The notes: generated by a model from the letters alone, not told the origin. 64,000 nt of DNA from Chloroflexota bacterium (GCA_027623815.1 JAQBUV010000001.1:67295-131294), one strand, 5' to 3'. Numbered from the stretch's first letter, positions 19,060-28,527 are shown. Made by a program: numbers and translations.

Positions 19060-19851
19060 GTGTCGGATGACCTGGTAATTGCTGGCAAACATTTCAAGTC
19101 CCGCCTGATAGTGGGGACGGGGCGATACCGTACTATGGAGGACATGGTGCAAGCCCTGGACGCTTCTGGTACCGAGATGGTCACGGTCGCCATTCGACGT
19201 TTGGATCTGGACAACCCCAACCAAAAGACCATTCTGGACTACATTGACTGGGACCGCTACAACATTCTGCCCAACACTGCCGGATGCAAGACGGTGGCAG
19301 AAGCACTGTTCGTAGCCCAGCTAGGTAGGGAGGTCACCAAGACCGATTTCGTCAAGCTGGAAGTGATCCCCGACGCCAAGTACCTATTCCCAGACCCAGC
19401 GGCGACTTTGGAAGCCGCCGAGAAGCTGGTTAAAGATGGCTTCATAGTCCTGCCCTACATTCACGCCGACCCAGTTTTGGCCATGCGGCTGGAAGAGGTG
19501 GGTTGCGCCACCGTAATGCCCCTGGGCTCGGCCATCGGCTCCGGTCAAGGCATCCACACTGTTGAAGAGATACGCATAATTCTGGAACAGGCCAACATAC
19601 CGGTGGTGGTAGACGCTGGACTAGCTGTGCCCTCCGACGCTTCGAAAGCGCTGGAAATGGGAGCATCGGCAGTGCTGGTCAACACCGCCATCGCCCAAGC
19701 TGAAAATCCGGCCCTGATGGCTGAAGCCTTCAAGTTGGGAGTTGAGGCGGGCCGCAAATCCTACCTGGCCGGAAGGATACCGCTGCGGGCCAATGCCGCC
19801 GCCAGCAGCCCCACCTCCGATGTGCCGCAACCGACATCAGTGCGAAGCTGA
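19060..19851 (+). CDS. thiG: Thiazole synthase
   Basis: GTG start with AAGGAG 8 nt upstream. [19 protein letters not shown]..., LPNTAGC and [14 protein letters not shown] are ThiG hallmarks. Confidence 0.95.
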   Translation: MSDDLVIAGKHFKSRLIVGTGRYRTMEDMVQALDASGTEMVTVAIRRLDLDNPNQKTILDYIDWDRYNILPNTAGCKTVAEALFVAQLGREVTKTDFVKLEVIPDAKYLFPDPAATLEAAEKLVKDGFIVLPYIHADPVLAMRLEEVGCATVMPLGSAIGSGQGIHTVEEIRIILEQANIPVVVDAGLAVPSDASKALEMGASAVLVNTAIAQAENPALMAEAFKLGVEAGRKSYLAGRIPLRANAAASSPTSDVPQPTSVRS

Positions 19852-19855
19852 TCCC

Positions 19856-20506
19856 GTGCGCCCCGATTTACCAAATCCCTGCCTGTGCCTAGTTACTGAC
19901 CGACGCATTTGCGATGAAGCCACGCTGGTAGCGCGTATTGCTGACGCGGTGTCCGGTGGTGTGGACCTGGTGCAGCTCCGCGAGAAAGACTTGCCCGGTG
20001 GCCCATTGCTGGAGTTGGCCCAACGGATAAGAGAGGCTATCAGTGACTCGGCGATGCTCATTATCAATGAGCGTGTTGACGTGGCCGCCGCCATTGCCGC
20101 CAACGGAGTGCAATTGGGAGAGGAAGCCCTGCCGACAATAGAAGCCCGTAAGATTCTTGGCCATGATACCCTCATCGGGCGGTCGGTGCATTCATTGGAG
20201 GGGGCGTTGCAGGCAGCAGAGCAGGGCGCCGACTTCTTGCTGGTGGGCACCATGTTTGCCAGTCGGTCTCATCCCGGGGAAGAACCAGCGGGGCCAGCAC
20301 TGGTGCGGCAGATTACAGTCCGGTGTTCCTTGCCGCTGTTCGGCATTGGCGGCATTGACGCATCCAATGCTGGTCATGTCATGGACGCTGGGGCCAGCGG
20401 CGTGGCGGTGATCACCAGCATTCTGGCGTCCCCCAGCCCAAAAGAGGCGGCCCGACAAATCAAGCGCGCCATAGTGGCTTCTTCGCTGGCCGCCAGGGCA
20501 AGCTAA
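19856..20506 (+). CDS. thiE: Thiamine-phosphate synthase
   Basis: The track ORF 19742-20506 overlaps thiG. I prefer GTG 19856, 5 nt after the thiG stop. LCLVTDRR..., VDLVQLREKD and FGIGGI are ThiE-like. Confidence 0.85.
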   Translation: MRPDLPNPCLCLVTDRRICDEATLVARIADAVSGGVDLVQLREKDLPGGPLLELAQRIREAISDSAMLIINERVDVAAAIAANGVQLGEEALPTIEARKILGHDTLIGRSVHSLEGALQAAEQGADFLLVGTMFASRSHPGEEPAGPALVRQITVRCSLPLFGIGGIDASNAGHVMDAGASGVAVITSILASPSPKEAARQIKRAIVASSLAARAS

Positions 20507-20514
20507 TTGAGGAA

Positions 20515-20727
20515 TTGCCTGTAGTGATTAATCTTGTAGTGAACGGCAAGCCCAGAGAGGCTGACGAAAACGTCAATCTGGAGAAGTATCTGACGACCTT
20601 CGATGTAAACCTGCGCTTTGTCGCGGTGGGCTACAACGGCGAAGTCATCAAGAAGGAGAGCTACTCCGGCATCACCCTGAACGACGGCGACACCCTGGAA
20701 ATCGTGCGGCCAGTCGGTGGGGGATAG
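20515..20727 (+). CDS. thiS: Sulfur-carrier protein ThiS
   Basis: Small ubiquitin-like protein ending ...IVRPVGGG. GTG 20524 is a better-spaced alternative start relative to GAGGA at 20509. Confidence 0.85.
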   Translation: MPVVINLVVNGKPREADENVNLEKYLTTFDVNLRFVAVGYNGEVIKKESYSGITLNDGDTLEIVRPVGGG

Positions 20728-20733
20728 CCCGGC

Positions 20734-20982
20734 ATGGCCGACGATGGCTCGCTAACAGTTGAGGCCCTCGACCCGGTGCTGATTCGGGTAGTAGGAGAGC
20801 ATCAGGAAAAGGTCGTGGGATGGATGCGCGATGAACCAGGGTGCTGGGGATTCTTAGCGGGGCAGGCAGTCGCCGCTTGCCGTGCCCAGATTGATCGCCC
20901 TCTGGCAGACATCGAGCGCAGGTTGGTCTGGGATCGACTGTGGTGGTTGTTGGAGAATCTCAAAAAAGAAGTCTTGAGCTAG
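20734..20982 (+). CDS. Small hypothetical protein (82 aa), weak resemblance to the GatB/YqeY C-terminal helical domain
   Basis: The pattern VVGEHQEKVVGWMRDEPGCWGFLAGQAV...L recalls V.EN...V..Y..GK....GFLVGQVM of GatB_YqeY domains. It starts 7 nt after thiS. Coding status is unproven. Confidence 0.4.
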   Translation: MADDGSLTVEALDPVLIRVVGEHQEKVVGWMRDEPGCWGFLAGQAVAACRAQIDRPLADIERRLVWDRLWWLLENLKKEVLS

Positions 20983-22112
20983 ACCACCACGGCGCAGTCC
21001 ACCGAATTGATCGGCGGCAGATAGTCCACCAGCAGTTCCCATTTATCACCATTGTCTCGGCTATAGAATATTTGCCCGGTGGTGGTTCCAATATAGATTC
21101 CGCACGGGTCAAGGCTGTCCGTCGCCATACCCTCCCGTAAGGAATGCAGGTAGGCGTTTTGATGGGGCAGTCCCTTAGACAATGGCTCCCAGTCCTGCCC
21201 AGCATTGCGACTGCGATACACTCTAAACTTGGCGTCGGTAACGTACCGCTGGCCGCCGCCCACGTCTTCACCCAGCGCCTGGTCTTCCGGCAGAACATAT
21301 ATCGTTGCCGGGTCCTGCGAGTGCAATCCCAGCACGAACCCAAACCGGGAAGGCAGACCTTCGGTCATGTCCTGCCATTCGGCTCCTCCGTTATCGCTCC
21401 GGAATACGCCGCAGTGGTTCTGCTGGTACAACAGTCCCGGCGATGACCTGGGCGACAGCACTTTGTGGGGGCAAACTCCCAACTCCGGGAACCGGTCGCC
21501 AGGGTTGAAATCGGCGCGAACACCTTTGTTCAGCGGCGTCCAGCTTTCGCCAGCGTCAGTAGTCCCGAAAACGCCCACCGCTGACGCGCCGACCCACATT
21601 CGGGCACTGTCGGCTGGGTCTACCACGATGCTGTGCAAGCACAGTCCCCCCAGACCAGGCTGCCATTGTTCCCTGGTTGGGTGCTGAGAAATGCCGGCAA
21701 TTTCATGCCAGGTGTTGCCAGAGTCCTCGGATTTGAACAGAGACGCTGGTTCGGCCCCGGCGTAAAGCACACCAGGTTCGGCATCGCGCCCCGGCTCGAT
21801 GTGCCATAGCCTTTTGACTGTCTGGTCATCTCCGCCGGAAAAGCGGGGCTGTACCTCAGATTGAGTCCAGGCGCCGCCCAGGTCATCGGTGTATTCCAGT
21901 TGCGGCCCCCAGATCATGTAGTTAGAGGCGGAGAAAATGCGGCCCGCGTTACGATGGTCATAGGCCAGATGAAATACATCCGCCCCGGCATTATGCAATT
22001 CAGACATCTCCCATTTCCGGCGGGTGGGGTCGCTGGAAAGAATGAAGGAGCCTTTTCGGGTGCCCACCAGAAGAATCACGTCTCCACGGCGGGCGGTTGT
22101 ACGGTTAGTCAT
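20979..22112 (-). CDS. BNR/Asp-box repeat beta-propeller protein (sialidase/Ycf48-like fold)
   Basis: Repeated Asp-boxes: SEDSGNTW, TTDAGESW, RSDNGGAEW, SRNAGQDW, SRDNGDKW. Confidence 0.75.
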   Translation of the reverse strand: MTNRTTARRGDVILLVGTRKGSFILSSDPTRRKWEMSELHNAGADVFHLAYDHRNAGRIFSASNYMIWGPQLEYTDDLGGAWTQSEVQPRFSGGDDQTVKRLWHIEPGRDAEPGVLYAGAEPASLFKSEDSGNTWHEIAGISQHPTREQWQPGLGGLCLHSIVVDPADSARMWVGASAVGVFGTTDAGESWTPLNKGVRADFNPGDRFPELGVCPHKVLSPRSSPGLLYQQNHCGVFRSDNGGAEWQDMTEGLPSRFGFVLGLHSQDPATIYVLPEDQALGEDVGGGQRYVTDAKFRVYRSRNAGQDWEPLSKGLPHQNAYLHSLREGMATDSLDPCGIYIGTTTGQIFYSRDNGDKWELLVDYLPPINSVDCAVVV

Positions 22113-22163
22113 GAGGATTCTGCCCTCCTAAACAACTAGTGAACGACTGGCCCATTCTAACAT

Positions 22164-23129
22164 TTAGGGGACGAGAATTACTTTTCCTCGGGTTCCCCGA
22201 TTTGACAGATGTTGGTGCGCTTTGGCAACTTCAGACATGGGCAAAACCTGGTCGACAATCAGCTTGGCCTGGCCGCTGGCAATCATTGGAAATAGCTCGG
22301 CCATCGCTGATTTGTGATCCAGTTTGCCCACTGGGGAACGACCCATACTGAACCCGATGATGGTGCGGTTGGCCGAGGTGAAATCGCCGGAAGGGATGTT
22401 GGCCGGAGACCCGGAGGCGTTGCCGTAGCTAATCAACCGCCCGTAAGTTGCCACGCACTTGACACTTTTCTCCAGCACCGGGCCGCCGACACACTCCAGC
22501 ACCAGATCAACGCCTTTGCCGCCGGTCAATTCCTGCACTTTTGTCTCAAAGTCTTCGGTGGTGTAATTGATGGTCTCGTCGGCGCCCAGCGACCGGCTCA
22601 AGTCCAGCTTGTCTTGAGTGGATGCGGTGGTTATAACCCGCGCGCCCCAGGCTTTCGCCAATTGGGTCGCCACGGTGCCAACCCCTGAAGCGCCCGCTTG
22701 AATCAGCACCGTGTCCCCAGCCTGCATTTGGCCCCGAGACTTGAGCAGGTGGTAGGCGGTGAGAAACACCAGGGGCATTCCGCCCGCCTGTACTGGGTCG
22801 GTGGTTTCCGGATAGGGAAAGACCAGGTTGGCGTTCACTGCCACGTACTCGGCGTTGCCCTGAGGACCCATCGCCATCACCCGCTGACCTACGGTCAGGC
22901 CGGTAACATCACCGCCCAACTCCACGATCGTCCCGGCGGCTTCCAGCCCCAACGTTGAGGGCAAGTCTGGCCCCGGATAGCCCCCCTTGCGCCGCATGAT
23001 ATCAGCGTAGTTAACCCCGGAGGAATCCACTTTGATCAAGACCTGGTGCGGGCTGGGTTTGGGCGTGGGAGTCTCTTCCCATTTGAGTACATTCAGGTCG
23101 CCGAATTCGTGAATTCTCACCGCTTTCAT
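22164..23129 (-). CDS. NADPH:quinone oxidoreductase / zinc-type alcohol dehydrogenase (MDR) family protein
   Basis: MKAVRIHEFGD...VLIKV...GVNYADI..., IQAGASGVGTVATQLAK Rossmann motif. Confidence 0.85.
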   Translation of the reverse strand: MKAVRIHEFGDLNVLKWEETPTPKPSPHQVLIKVDSSGVNYADIMRRKGGYPGPDLPSTLGLEAAGTIVELGGDVTGLTVGQRVMAMGPQGNAEYVAVNANLVFPYPETTDPVQAGGMPLVFLTAYHLLKSRGQMQAGDTVLIQAGASGVGTVATQLAKAWGARVITTASTQDKLDLSRSLGADETINYTTEDFETKVQELTGGKGVDLVLECVGGPVLEKSVKCVATYGRLISYGNASGSPANIPSGDFTSANRTIIGFSMGRSPVGKLDHKSAMAELFPMIASGQAKLIVDQVLPMSEVAKAHQHLSNRGTRGKVILVP

Positions 23130-23188
23130 TCAATGCTCCTGTAATGCTCCTGATCAGCGTATGTCCGTGAATAAAATTAATCTCGTCG

Positions 23189-24178
23189 CTACCCGATGGG
23201 TTTTCTCAATTGGGAGGACTCCAGCACCTCCGGGTTAATCACTCGGATTGGTTCTCCGCTAGCGTAGGCCCGGATGTCCTCTACCACTCCGCCATAAAAG
23301 GACTTGTAACCCTCTTCAGTGACGTAACCAATGTGCGGCGTGAGCAACGTGTTGGAGAGGCTCAAAAACGGGTGGCCCGCTGGCATTGGCTCGATATCGA
23401 AGGTGTCCAGCGCGGCTCCGGCGATGGTATGCCGACGCAGCGCATTGAGCAGTGCTGGCTCATCAATAATCGGCCCGCGGGAAATGTTGACGATGTAGGA
23501 ATCGCGCTTCATCAGTTCCAATTCCCTGGCTCCGACCAAACCCTTGGTGCGCTCGCTGAGGCGCACATGAACCGAAACGATGTCCGAATCGGTAAACAGA
23601 GTGTCTTTATCGACCAGGGTGGCATGACACTCGGCGGCCCGTTCGGCGGTCAGGTTCTGGCTCCAGGCGATTACGTTCATGTCGAAGGCATTGGCCACTC
23701 GAGCGACCCGTGATCCGATGTGTCCCAGGCCCAGCAATCCCAAAGTTTTACCTTTAAGCCCCACGCCCACGGTCGTGCCCCAACTGCCCTTCCGGGTCTG
23801 CTGGTCTTCCTGAGGGATTCTGCGCAGCATCCCAATAATCAGCCCCCAGGTTAGCTCAGTGGGGCCTTCACCTTCGCCGTCGGTGCCGCAGACTACGATG
23901 CCTAGCTCGGTGGCGGCCTCCACGTCGAACGACGCGTTTCTTCGGCCAGCGGTAATCAGCAGGCGCAGTTCCGGCAACCGCTCCAGCACCGAGCGGGGAA
24001 AGGCAGTGCGCTCTCGCATTCCCATGACGATATGGGAATCTTTCAGCCGTTCCACCAGAGCGTCCTCGTCGGCCAGGTGATCCAGAAAAATCTGTAGTTC
24101 TGCGTCCGCCGGTAATTCGGACCATTCGGCCATTTGAGGTGCGACGCCCTGGTAATCGTCCAGAATCGAAATATTCAA
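23189..24178 (-). CDS. D-isomer-specific 2-hydroxyacid dehydrogenase family protein
   Basis: GKTLGLLGLGHIGSRVARV NAD motif, RGPIIDEPALLNAL, LTPHIGY. Confidence 0.85.
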   Translation of the reverse strand: MNISILDDYQGVAPQMAEWSELPADAELQIFLDHLADEDALVERLKDSHIVMGMRERTAFPRSVLERLPELRLLITAGRRNASFDVEAATELGIVVCGTDGEGEGPTELTWGLIIGMLRRIPQEDQQTRKGSWGTTVGVGLKGKTLGLLGLGHIGSRVARVANAFDMNVIAWSQNLTAERAAECHATLVDKDTLFTDSDIVSVHVRLSERTKGLVGARELELMKRDSYIVNISRGPIIDEPALLNALRRHTIAGAALDTFDIEPMPAGHPFLSLSNTLLTPHIGYVTEEGYKSFYGGVVEDIRAYASGEPIRVINPEVLESSQLRKPIG

Positions 24179-24279
24179 AGAGCTAACTCCTTAAGTCGTT
24201 GATCTGCCAATGCCTGGTTTATGCCGACCGCTCAAGAGTGAGATGGACGGCTATTTTTGTCAGGAAGAAACGGGAAAGC

Positions 24280-25329
24280 TTACTTGAACGCCGGCATCAC
24301 CTTATGGGTTAGGATTTTCAGACTCTGTTGCACTTTATCGGCGGGTATCAAGCCGCCAGCGTTTAGCTCGGCAACGACGCTGTTAATGCCCAGTTCCTCT
24401 TCCATTTGATGGAAGCGATCAACCAGGCCTTCAGCGCTGCCAAAGGCCACCTTGGTTTCGAGAACTTGATCGTAGGATAGAGCGGCCAAACGTTCCGCTC
24501 GATCATTACGCAGTTCGGTGGCGTCAATTCCGGCACGGCCCGCCGACTCCCGGTACAGGGTTCCCATGCGCCCAAAATAGGCGCTGATACTGTCGAAGGG
24601 CTCGTCAATGCCTTTCTGTTCAGTGGCGCCAGCGTACACCGGCATCCGTAGCGAAACATCTCCGCCGCCCGGATGGCCCGCTTCTTCCCAGGCCTTGCGG
24701 TACTCTTTAATACAGACGCTGAGTTCAGGAATATTCATCCCGCGCAAGCCAACAAATATGGGGCGTCCCTGCTGGCCCATGTAAGGGAAGGTCTCAGCTG
24801 TGGTGGCGGCAATGCGTATTGGCGGATGTGGCTTTTGATATGGCTCAGGGGTGACCAATACGTTCTCAAAGTTGTACATCTCGCCCTGGTAACTAAACGG
24901 TTCTCCCTCCCAGACCTTTTCCAGAACTTCCAGGGTTTCCTTGAACCGCTGGCGGCTGTCATTATAGGAAATACCGTACCTGTCGTAGGCCCCCGGGAAG
25001 CCGCTGCGCCCGATGCCCAACTCAAGGCGGCCTTCGCTGATCTGGTCCACGGTGCAGACTTCCTCGGCAATGCGCAGAGGATTGTTCAGAGGCAGGACAT
25101 ACACCGCCATGCCAACCCTCATCCGTTTAGTGCGGGTGGCGATGGAACTGGCGATGGTTATTGGTGACGCCAACACTGACCGACCTGGATTGAAATGCAG
25201 TTCGGCCAGCCACGCTCCGTCCAGACCCCATTCTTCAGCGGCGTCCACCAGCTCAAAGCCTTCACGAAAAGCCTCGGCATGGGTACCGCCCTGGCGCATA
25301 CCAAACTCCATAAACATGCCAAACTGCAT
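24280..25329 (-). CDS. LLM-class (luciferase-like) flavin-dependent oxidoreductase, paralogue 1
   Basis: The track ORF extends to 25458. I prefer ATG 25329 (AGGAGGAAACG upstream), giving MQFGMFMEFG... It has a TIM-barrel LLM pattern (WLAELHF, RLELGIGRSG). Confidence 0.85.
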   Translation of the reverse strand: MQFGMFMEFGMRQGGTHAEAFREGFELVDAAEEWGLDGAWLAELHFNPGRSVLASPITIASSIATRTKRMRVGMAVYVLPLNNPLRIAEEVCTVDQISEGRLELGIGRSGFPGAYDRYGISYNDSRQRFKETLEVLEKVWEGEPFSYQGEMYNFENVLVTPEPYQKPHPPIRIAATTAETFPYMGQQGRPIFVGLRGMNIPELSVCIKEYRKAWEEAGHPGGGDVSLRMPVYAGATEQKGIDEPFDSISAYFGRMGTLYRESAGRAGIDATELRNDRAERLAALSYDQVLETKVAFGSAEGLVDRFHQMEEELGINSVVAELNAGGLIPADKVQQSLKILTHKVMPAFK

Positions 25330-25529
25330 CGTTTCCTCCTGTTGCCTGTCCTGGGACCGAGTCAGAGCAACAGCAAAGTTGCTCTGTCCGATATTCAGTG
25401 GGATAGTTCGCTGGGATAGATTGGCTGGGTAACCGCTACAGTAAAACATAGTGCCCACAATGGGTCAAGAATCATATCGCTACGGTTTCCCGCCATGTTT
25501 CGTTAAGTGAACCTGACTGGTTAAAATGC

Positions 25530-26810
25530 TCAGGTTGGCTGGCCGTTATTGGTTCTTCTTGCTATGTCCACTTCTTCAATCCTGACGCCATCCATCGACT
25601 GCACAGTCAAGGTCAAGCCTTCAAATTCTACTGAATCCCCCTCTACGGGCACCCGTCCCAAGCGTTCCAGAATAAAACCAGCTACTGTTCTATATTGACC
25701 CTCGGGCAAATCTAGATTGAGGTCACCGTTGATTTCCGAGATTCCAGCACCGGCATCTACTCGATAAACATTCTCACTCACCTCAGTGTATAACTCTTCC
25801 GGTACCAGCCGGTCTTCGTCCAAGTCACCAACAATGACTTCCAGCAATTGTTCCAGACTGGCCAGACCAGCAATGCCGCCAAATTCATCGACCGTAAGAA
25901 CCAAGCCCTGATTATCCCGCTGCATTTCAGCAAAGGTGTCCCTGACTAGTTTCGTTTCCGGGACAAACAGGACCGGACGAATGTGGTCGGTGACAACATC
26001 ATCGTCGGATTTGAACTTGCCTTCTGCGATGCCAAGCAACAAATCTTTAACCGACAGAACGCCGACGATGTTTTCGGTTGTGCCTTCGTATACCGGAAAT
26101 CTACTATGGCGATTCTCCCGGTAGATGCTCAAGAACCCGCTTAGCGTAGTCCCCAGCTGCACCCAAACTATATCCGGTCGGGGAGTCATTATTGCCATCA
26201 TCCGCTGATCCCCAAAATGGAATACTTTTTCCAAAAGCTCGGCCTCGGTGGCTTCAACCTCACCGGTTAGGACTCCCGCCCGGATCATGGTGCGAATCTC
26301 CTGCTCACGGTTTCTGCTGACCGGATCGGATATGCCAACCATTCTGGTGAACAACACAGTCATCAAATGGAGCACCTGAATCGCCGGGAATAGTATCCAC
26401 TGCACCAAAGCCAGCGGCCGGGCAAAGGTGAAGGCGACTAGCTCAGCCCGCTTCCAGGCTACCGACTTGGGCAGAGTCTCACTGAACACCAACAGCAAGG
26501 CGGTGACCCCAAAGGTAGAGACCAGCAGCGCTATTGTCGAATCATCAATTAAATCGATGGCAATAGCGGTGCCCAACGCTGCCGCCCCGGTATTTACCAG
26601 ATTGTTGCTCAATAGCACCGTGGCCAGGAGCCTTTCCGGCTGTCGGGATAATCGGGACACAAGATTGGCTCGGGGGTGGCCGGTGTGTACCAAATGGAGC
26701 AGACGCGCCCGGGACAAGGCGATAAACGCGGTTTCAGACGAGGAAAAGAAGGCGGACAGTATGATGCATACTGCCAAGAGAGCCAACATCCATAAATCTC
26801 CCGATTCCAT
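25530..26810 (-). CDS. CNNM/DUF21-CBS-CorC_HlyC family membrane protein (hemolysin/TlyC-like, putative divalent cation efflux)
   Basis: N-terminal 4-TM DUF21 (FFSSSETAF...LLSNNLVN), a CBS pair, and a C-terminal CorC_HlyC domain (VAGFILERLGRVP..GD). GGGAGG RBS. Confidence 0.85.
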   Translation of the reverse strand: MESGDLWMLALLAVCIILSAFFSSSETAFIALSRARLLHLVHTGHPRANLVSRLSRQPERLLATVLLSNNLVNTGAAALGTAIAIDLIDDSTIALLVSTFGVTALLLVFSETLPKSVAWKRAELVAFTFARPLALVQWILFPAIQVLHLMTVLFTRMVGISDPVSRNREQEIRTMIRAGVLTGEVEATEAELLEKVFHFGDQRMMAIMTPRPDIVWVQLGTTLSGFLSIYRENRHSRFPVYEGTTENIVGVLSVKDLLLGIAEGKFKSDDDVVTDHIRPVLFVPETKLVRDTFAEMQRDNQGLVLTVDEFGGIAGLASLEQLLEVIVGDLDEDRLVPEELYTEVSENVYRVDAGAGISEINGDLNLDLPEGQYRTVAGFILERLGRVPVEGDSVEFEGLTLTVQSMDGVRIEEVDIARRTNNGQPT

Positions 26811-26998
26811 TTAACCTCCCTTAAAATACCCGCAATCGCTCTGGGGCAATGTCTCTGCTGTGCTCAGATTTACTCAACGTTCACTCAATGTTAACATTAC
26901 GTCTGGTACAAATGCGCGGCGAAGATTGCTGGAACAGCTACCGGGGCAACTTTAGTGATTCGACGGCGCTTTAGATCCGGTTTCAGCCAGAGGTGAAT

Positions 26999-28216
26999 AT
27001 GGAGTCCAGGGAATACGACGTAGTCATAATTGGAGGGGGCATTCTTGGCCTGTCCACGGCGATGCAACTTGGCCAACGGTATCCTGCTCAGAAGATTGCG
27101 GTGGTTGAAAAAGAGGAAACTCTGGCGACCCACCAGACCGGTCACAACAGCGGCGTAATTCACTCTGGTATCTATTACCGGCCTGGCTCCTGGAAGTCGC
27201 GGTTCTGCGTGGCTGGGGTACAAAAGCTGGTTCAGTTTTGCGACGAAAACGAGATTGAGTACGAAAGGTGCGGCAAGGCCATTGTCGCCACCCACGAGTC
27301 GGAATTGGGTCGGCTGCAAAACCTTTTTGAGCGTGGCGTAGCGAATGGCGTCGCGGGCCTGGAGTTAGTCGGGCCGGAGCGGCTCAAGGAGATTGAACCG
27401 CACACCGTTGGGGTCAAAGCGTTGTGGGCGCCCAACACCGGAATTGTCGACTATATTAAAGTCGCGCATGCGTACGCCGGTCGCTTTCAAGAGACTGGCG
27501 GTGAGATTTTCACCGGCGCGGCGGTGCAGAGCGTGGCGTCGTCAAGCAATTCATTGGCAGTGGAGACCAGCAAAGGAACGCTAACCACCAAGAATATCAT
27601 CAACTGCGCTGGTCTATACGCCGACCGGGTCGCCCAGATGACCGGCGAAAAGACCGACGTTCAAATCATTCCTTTTCGTGGCGAGTATTACACGCTTCGC
27701 CCGGAAAGCCGCCATCTGGTCAAGGGCCTAATCTACCCGGTGCCCGACCCCAGATTTCCTTTCTTGGGCGTCCATTACACTCGCAACATCCACGGCGGCG
27801 TGGAGGCTGGCCCCAACGCGGTGCTGGCCTGGGCCAGAGAGGGGTACACCAAGAGCAGCTTCAATCTTGGCGAGACATTGGGGGCAGTCACGTTCCCGGG
27901 ATTCTGGAAGATGTCGATGAAGCACTGGAAGACCGGCGTTTCGGAAATGCGCCGGTCTTATAGCAAGAGCGTCTTCGTGAACGACTTGCAAAAGCTGATA
28001 CCGGAGATTCGCGCTGAAGACCTGGCCTCCGGCGGCGCCGGTGTCCGTGCCCAAGCAGTCGCCCGGGACGGCGCCCTACTGGACGACTTCAGCATTCTGC
28101 GCGGACGCAATGCTGTGCATGTCCTGAACGCTCCGTCACCCGGAGCCACCTCATCGCTGGCCATCGGCGAACACCTGGTTGATCTGGCCGTCGAGTCCTT
28201 TGGGATTTCTGCATAG
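26999..28216 (+). CDS. lhgO: L-2-hydroxyglutarate oxidase-like FAD-dependent oxidoreductase
   Basis: YDVVIIGGGILGLSTA FAD motif, HQTGHNSGVIHSGIYY, PFRGEYY. ATG 26999 sits after AGAGGTG. Confidence 0.8.
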   Translation: MESREYDVVIIGGGILGLSTAMQLGQRYPAQKIAVVEKEETLATHQTGHNSGVIHSGIYYRPGSWKSRFCVAGVQKLVQFCDENEIEYERCGKAIVATHESELGRLQNLFERGVANGVAGLELVGPERLKEIEPHTVGVKALWAPNTGIVDYIKVAHAYAGRFQETGGEIFTGAAVQSVASSSNSLAVETSKGTLTTKNIINCAGLYADRVAQMTGEKTDVQIIPFRGEYYTLRPESRHLVKGLIYPVPDPRFPFLGVHYTRNIHGGVEAGPNAVLAWAREGYTKSSFNLGETLGAVTFPGFWKMSMKHWKTGVSEMRRSYSKSVFVNDLQKLIPEIRAEDLASGGAGVRAQAVARDGALLDDFSILRGRNAVHVLNAPSPGATSSLAIGEHLVDLAVESFGISA

Positions 28217-28264
28217 GTTCAACTTCGTACATGAATCCACTGAAGTCCAGAGCAGCGTCATTCC

Positions 28265-28353
28265 GGCGCAAGCCGGAATCCTGTGGCGTCTCGCCATCAA
28301 CCATGGCCGTCTCTGGGCTCCGGCTTTCGCCGGAGCGACGGGGGTAATTCAAT
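28265..28353 (+). repeat. Repeat family 1, short copy C
   Basis: GCGTC-ATTCCGGC-GCAA-GCCGGAAT (identical first hairpin to copy A), a spacer, CTCCGGC-TTTC-GCCGGAG, then CGACGG. It generates the spurious ORFs 28089-28352(-) and 28179-28394(+). Confidence 0.65.
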
Positions 28354-28527
28354 GGGCGTTCCTTCTTCCCAAATTTCGGAATGGTTTAGGTTAGAGGTGG
28401 GGTGATAATACGGTGACTGTGGCATCACGAATAATATTTCTCCCTTTTGTTTAGGCACTTTGAACCATGCCTGGCGATCTACATCCAAAACCGCTGGCAA
28501 ACTGGCCTTTCTCCGCTTTCCATAATA

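Noticed and set aside
20979-20982. Convergent genes sharing overlapping stop codons within CTAG
   Set aside because: A geometric curiosity of a compact genome with no functional implication I can support.
23130-23155. Tandem duplication CAGGAGCATT-A-CAGGAGCATT (minus-strand reading) immediately upstream of the quinone oxidoreductase start
   Set aside because: It is a real duplication of the Shine-Dalgarno region. It is most likely a trivial slippage event, and only the proximal copy is correctly spaced from the ATG.
28242-28360. Possible terminal inverted repeats (TGAATCCAC / GTAATTCA) around short repeat copy C, by analogy with the long MITE-like copies
   Set aside because: The arms are oriented in the opposite sense to those of copies A and B and are only 8-9 nt with mismatches. 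This could easily be chance.
28089-28394. Two overlapping small ORFs (87 aa minus strand, 71 aa plus strand) after lhgO
   Set aside because: Both are generated by repeat family 1 copy C (peptides VIPAQAGI.., ..PAFAGATG, SGLRRNDA), a known type of repeat-derived pseudo-ORF.
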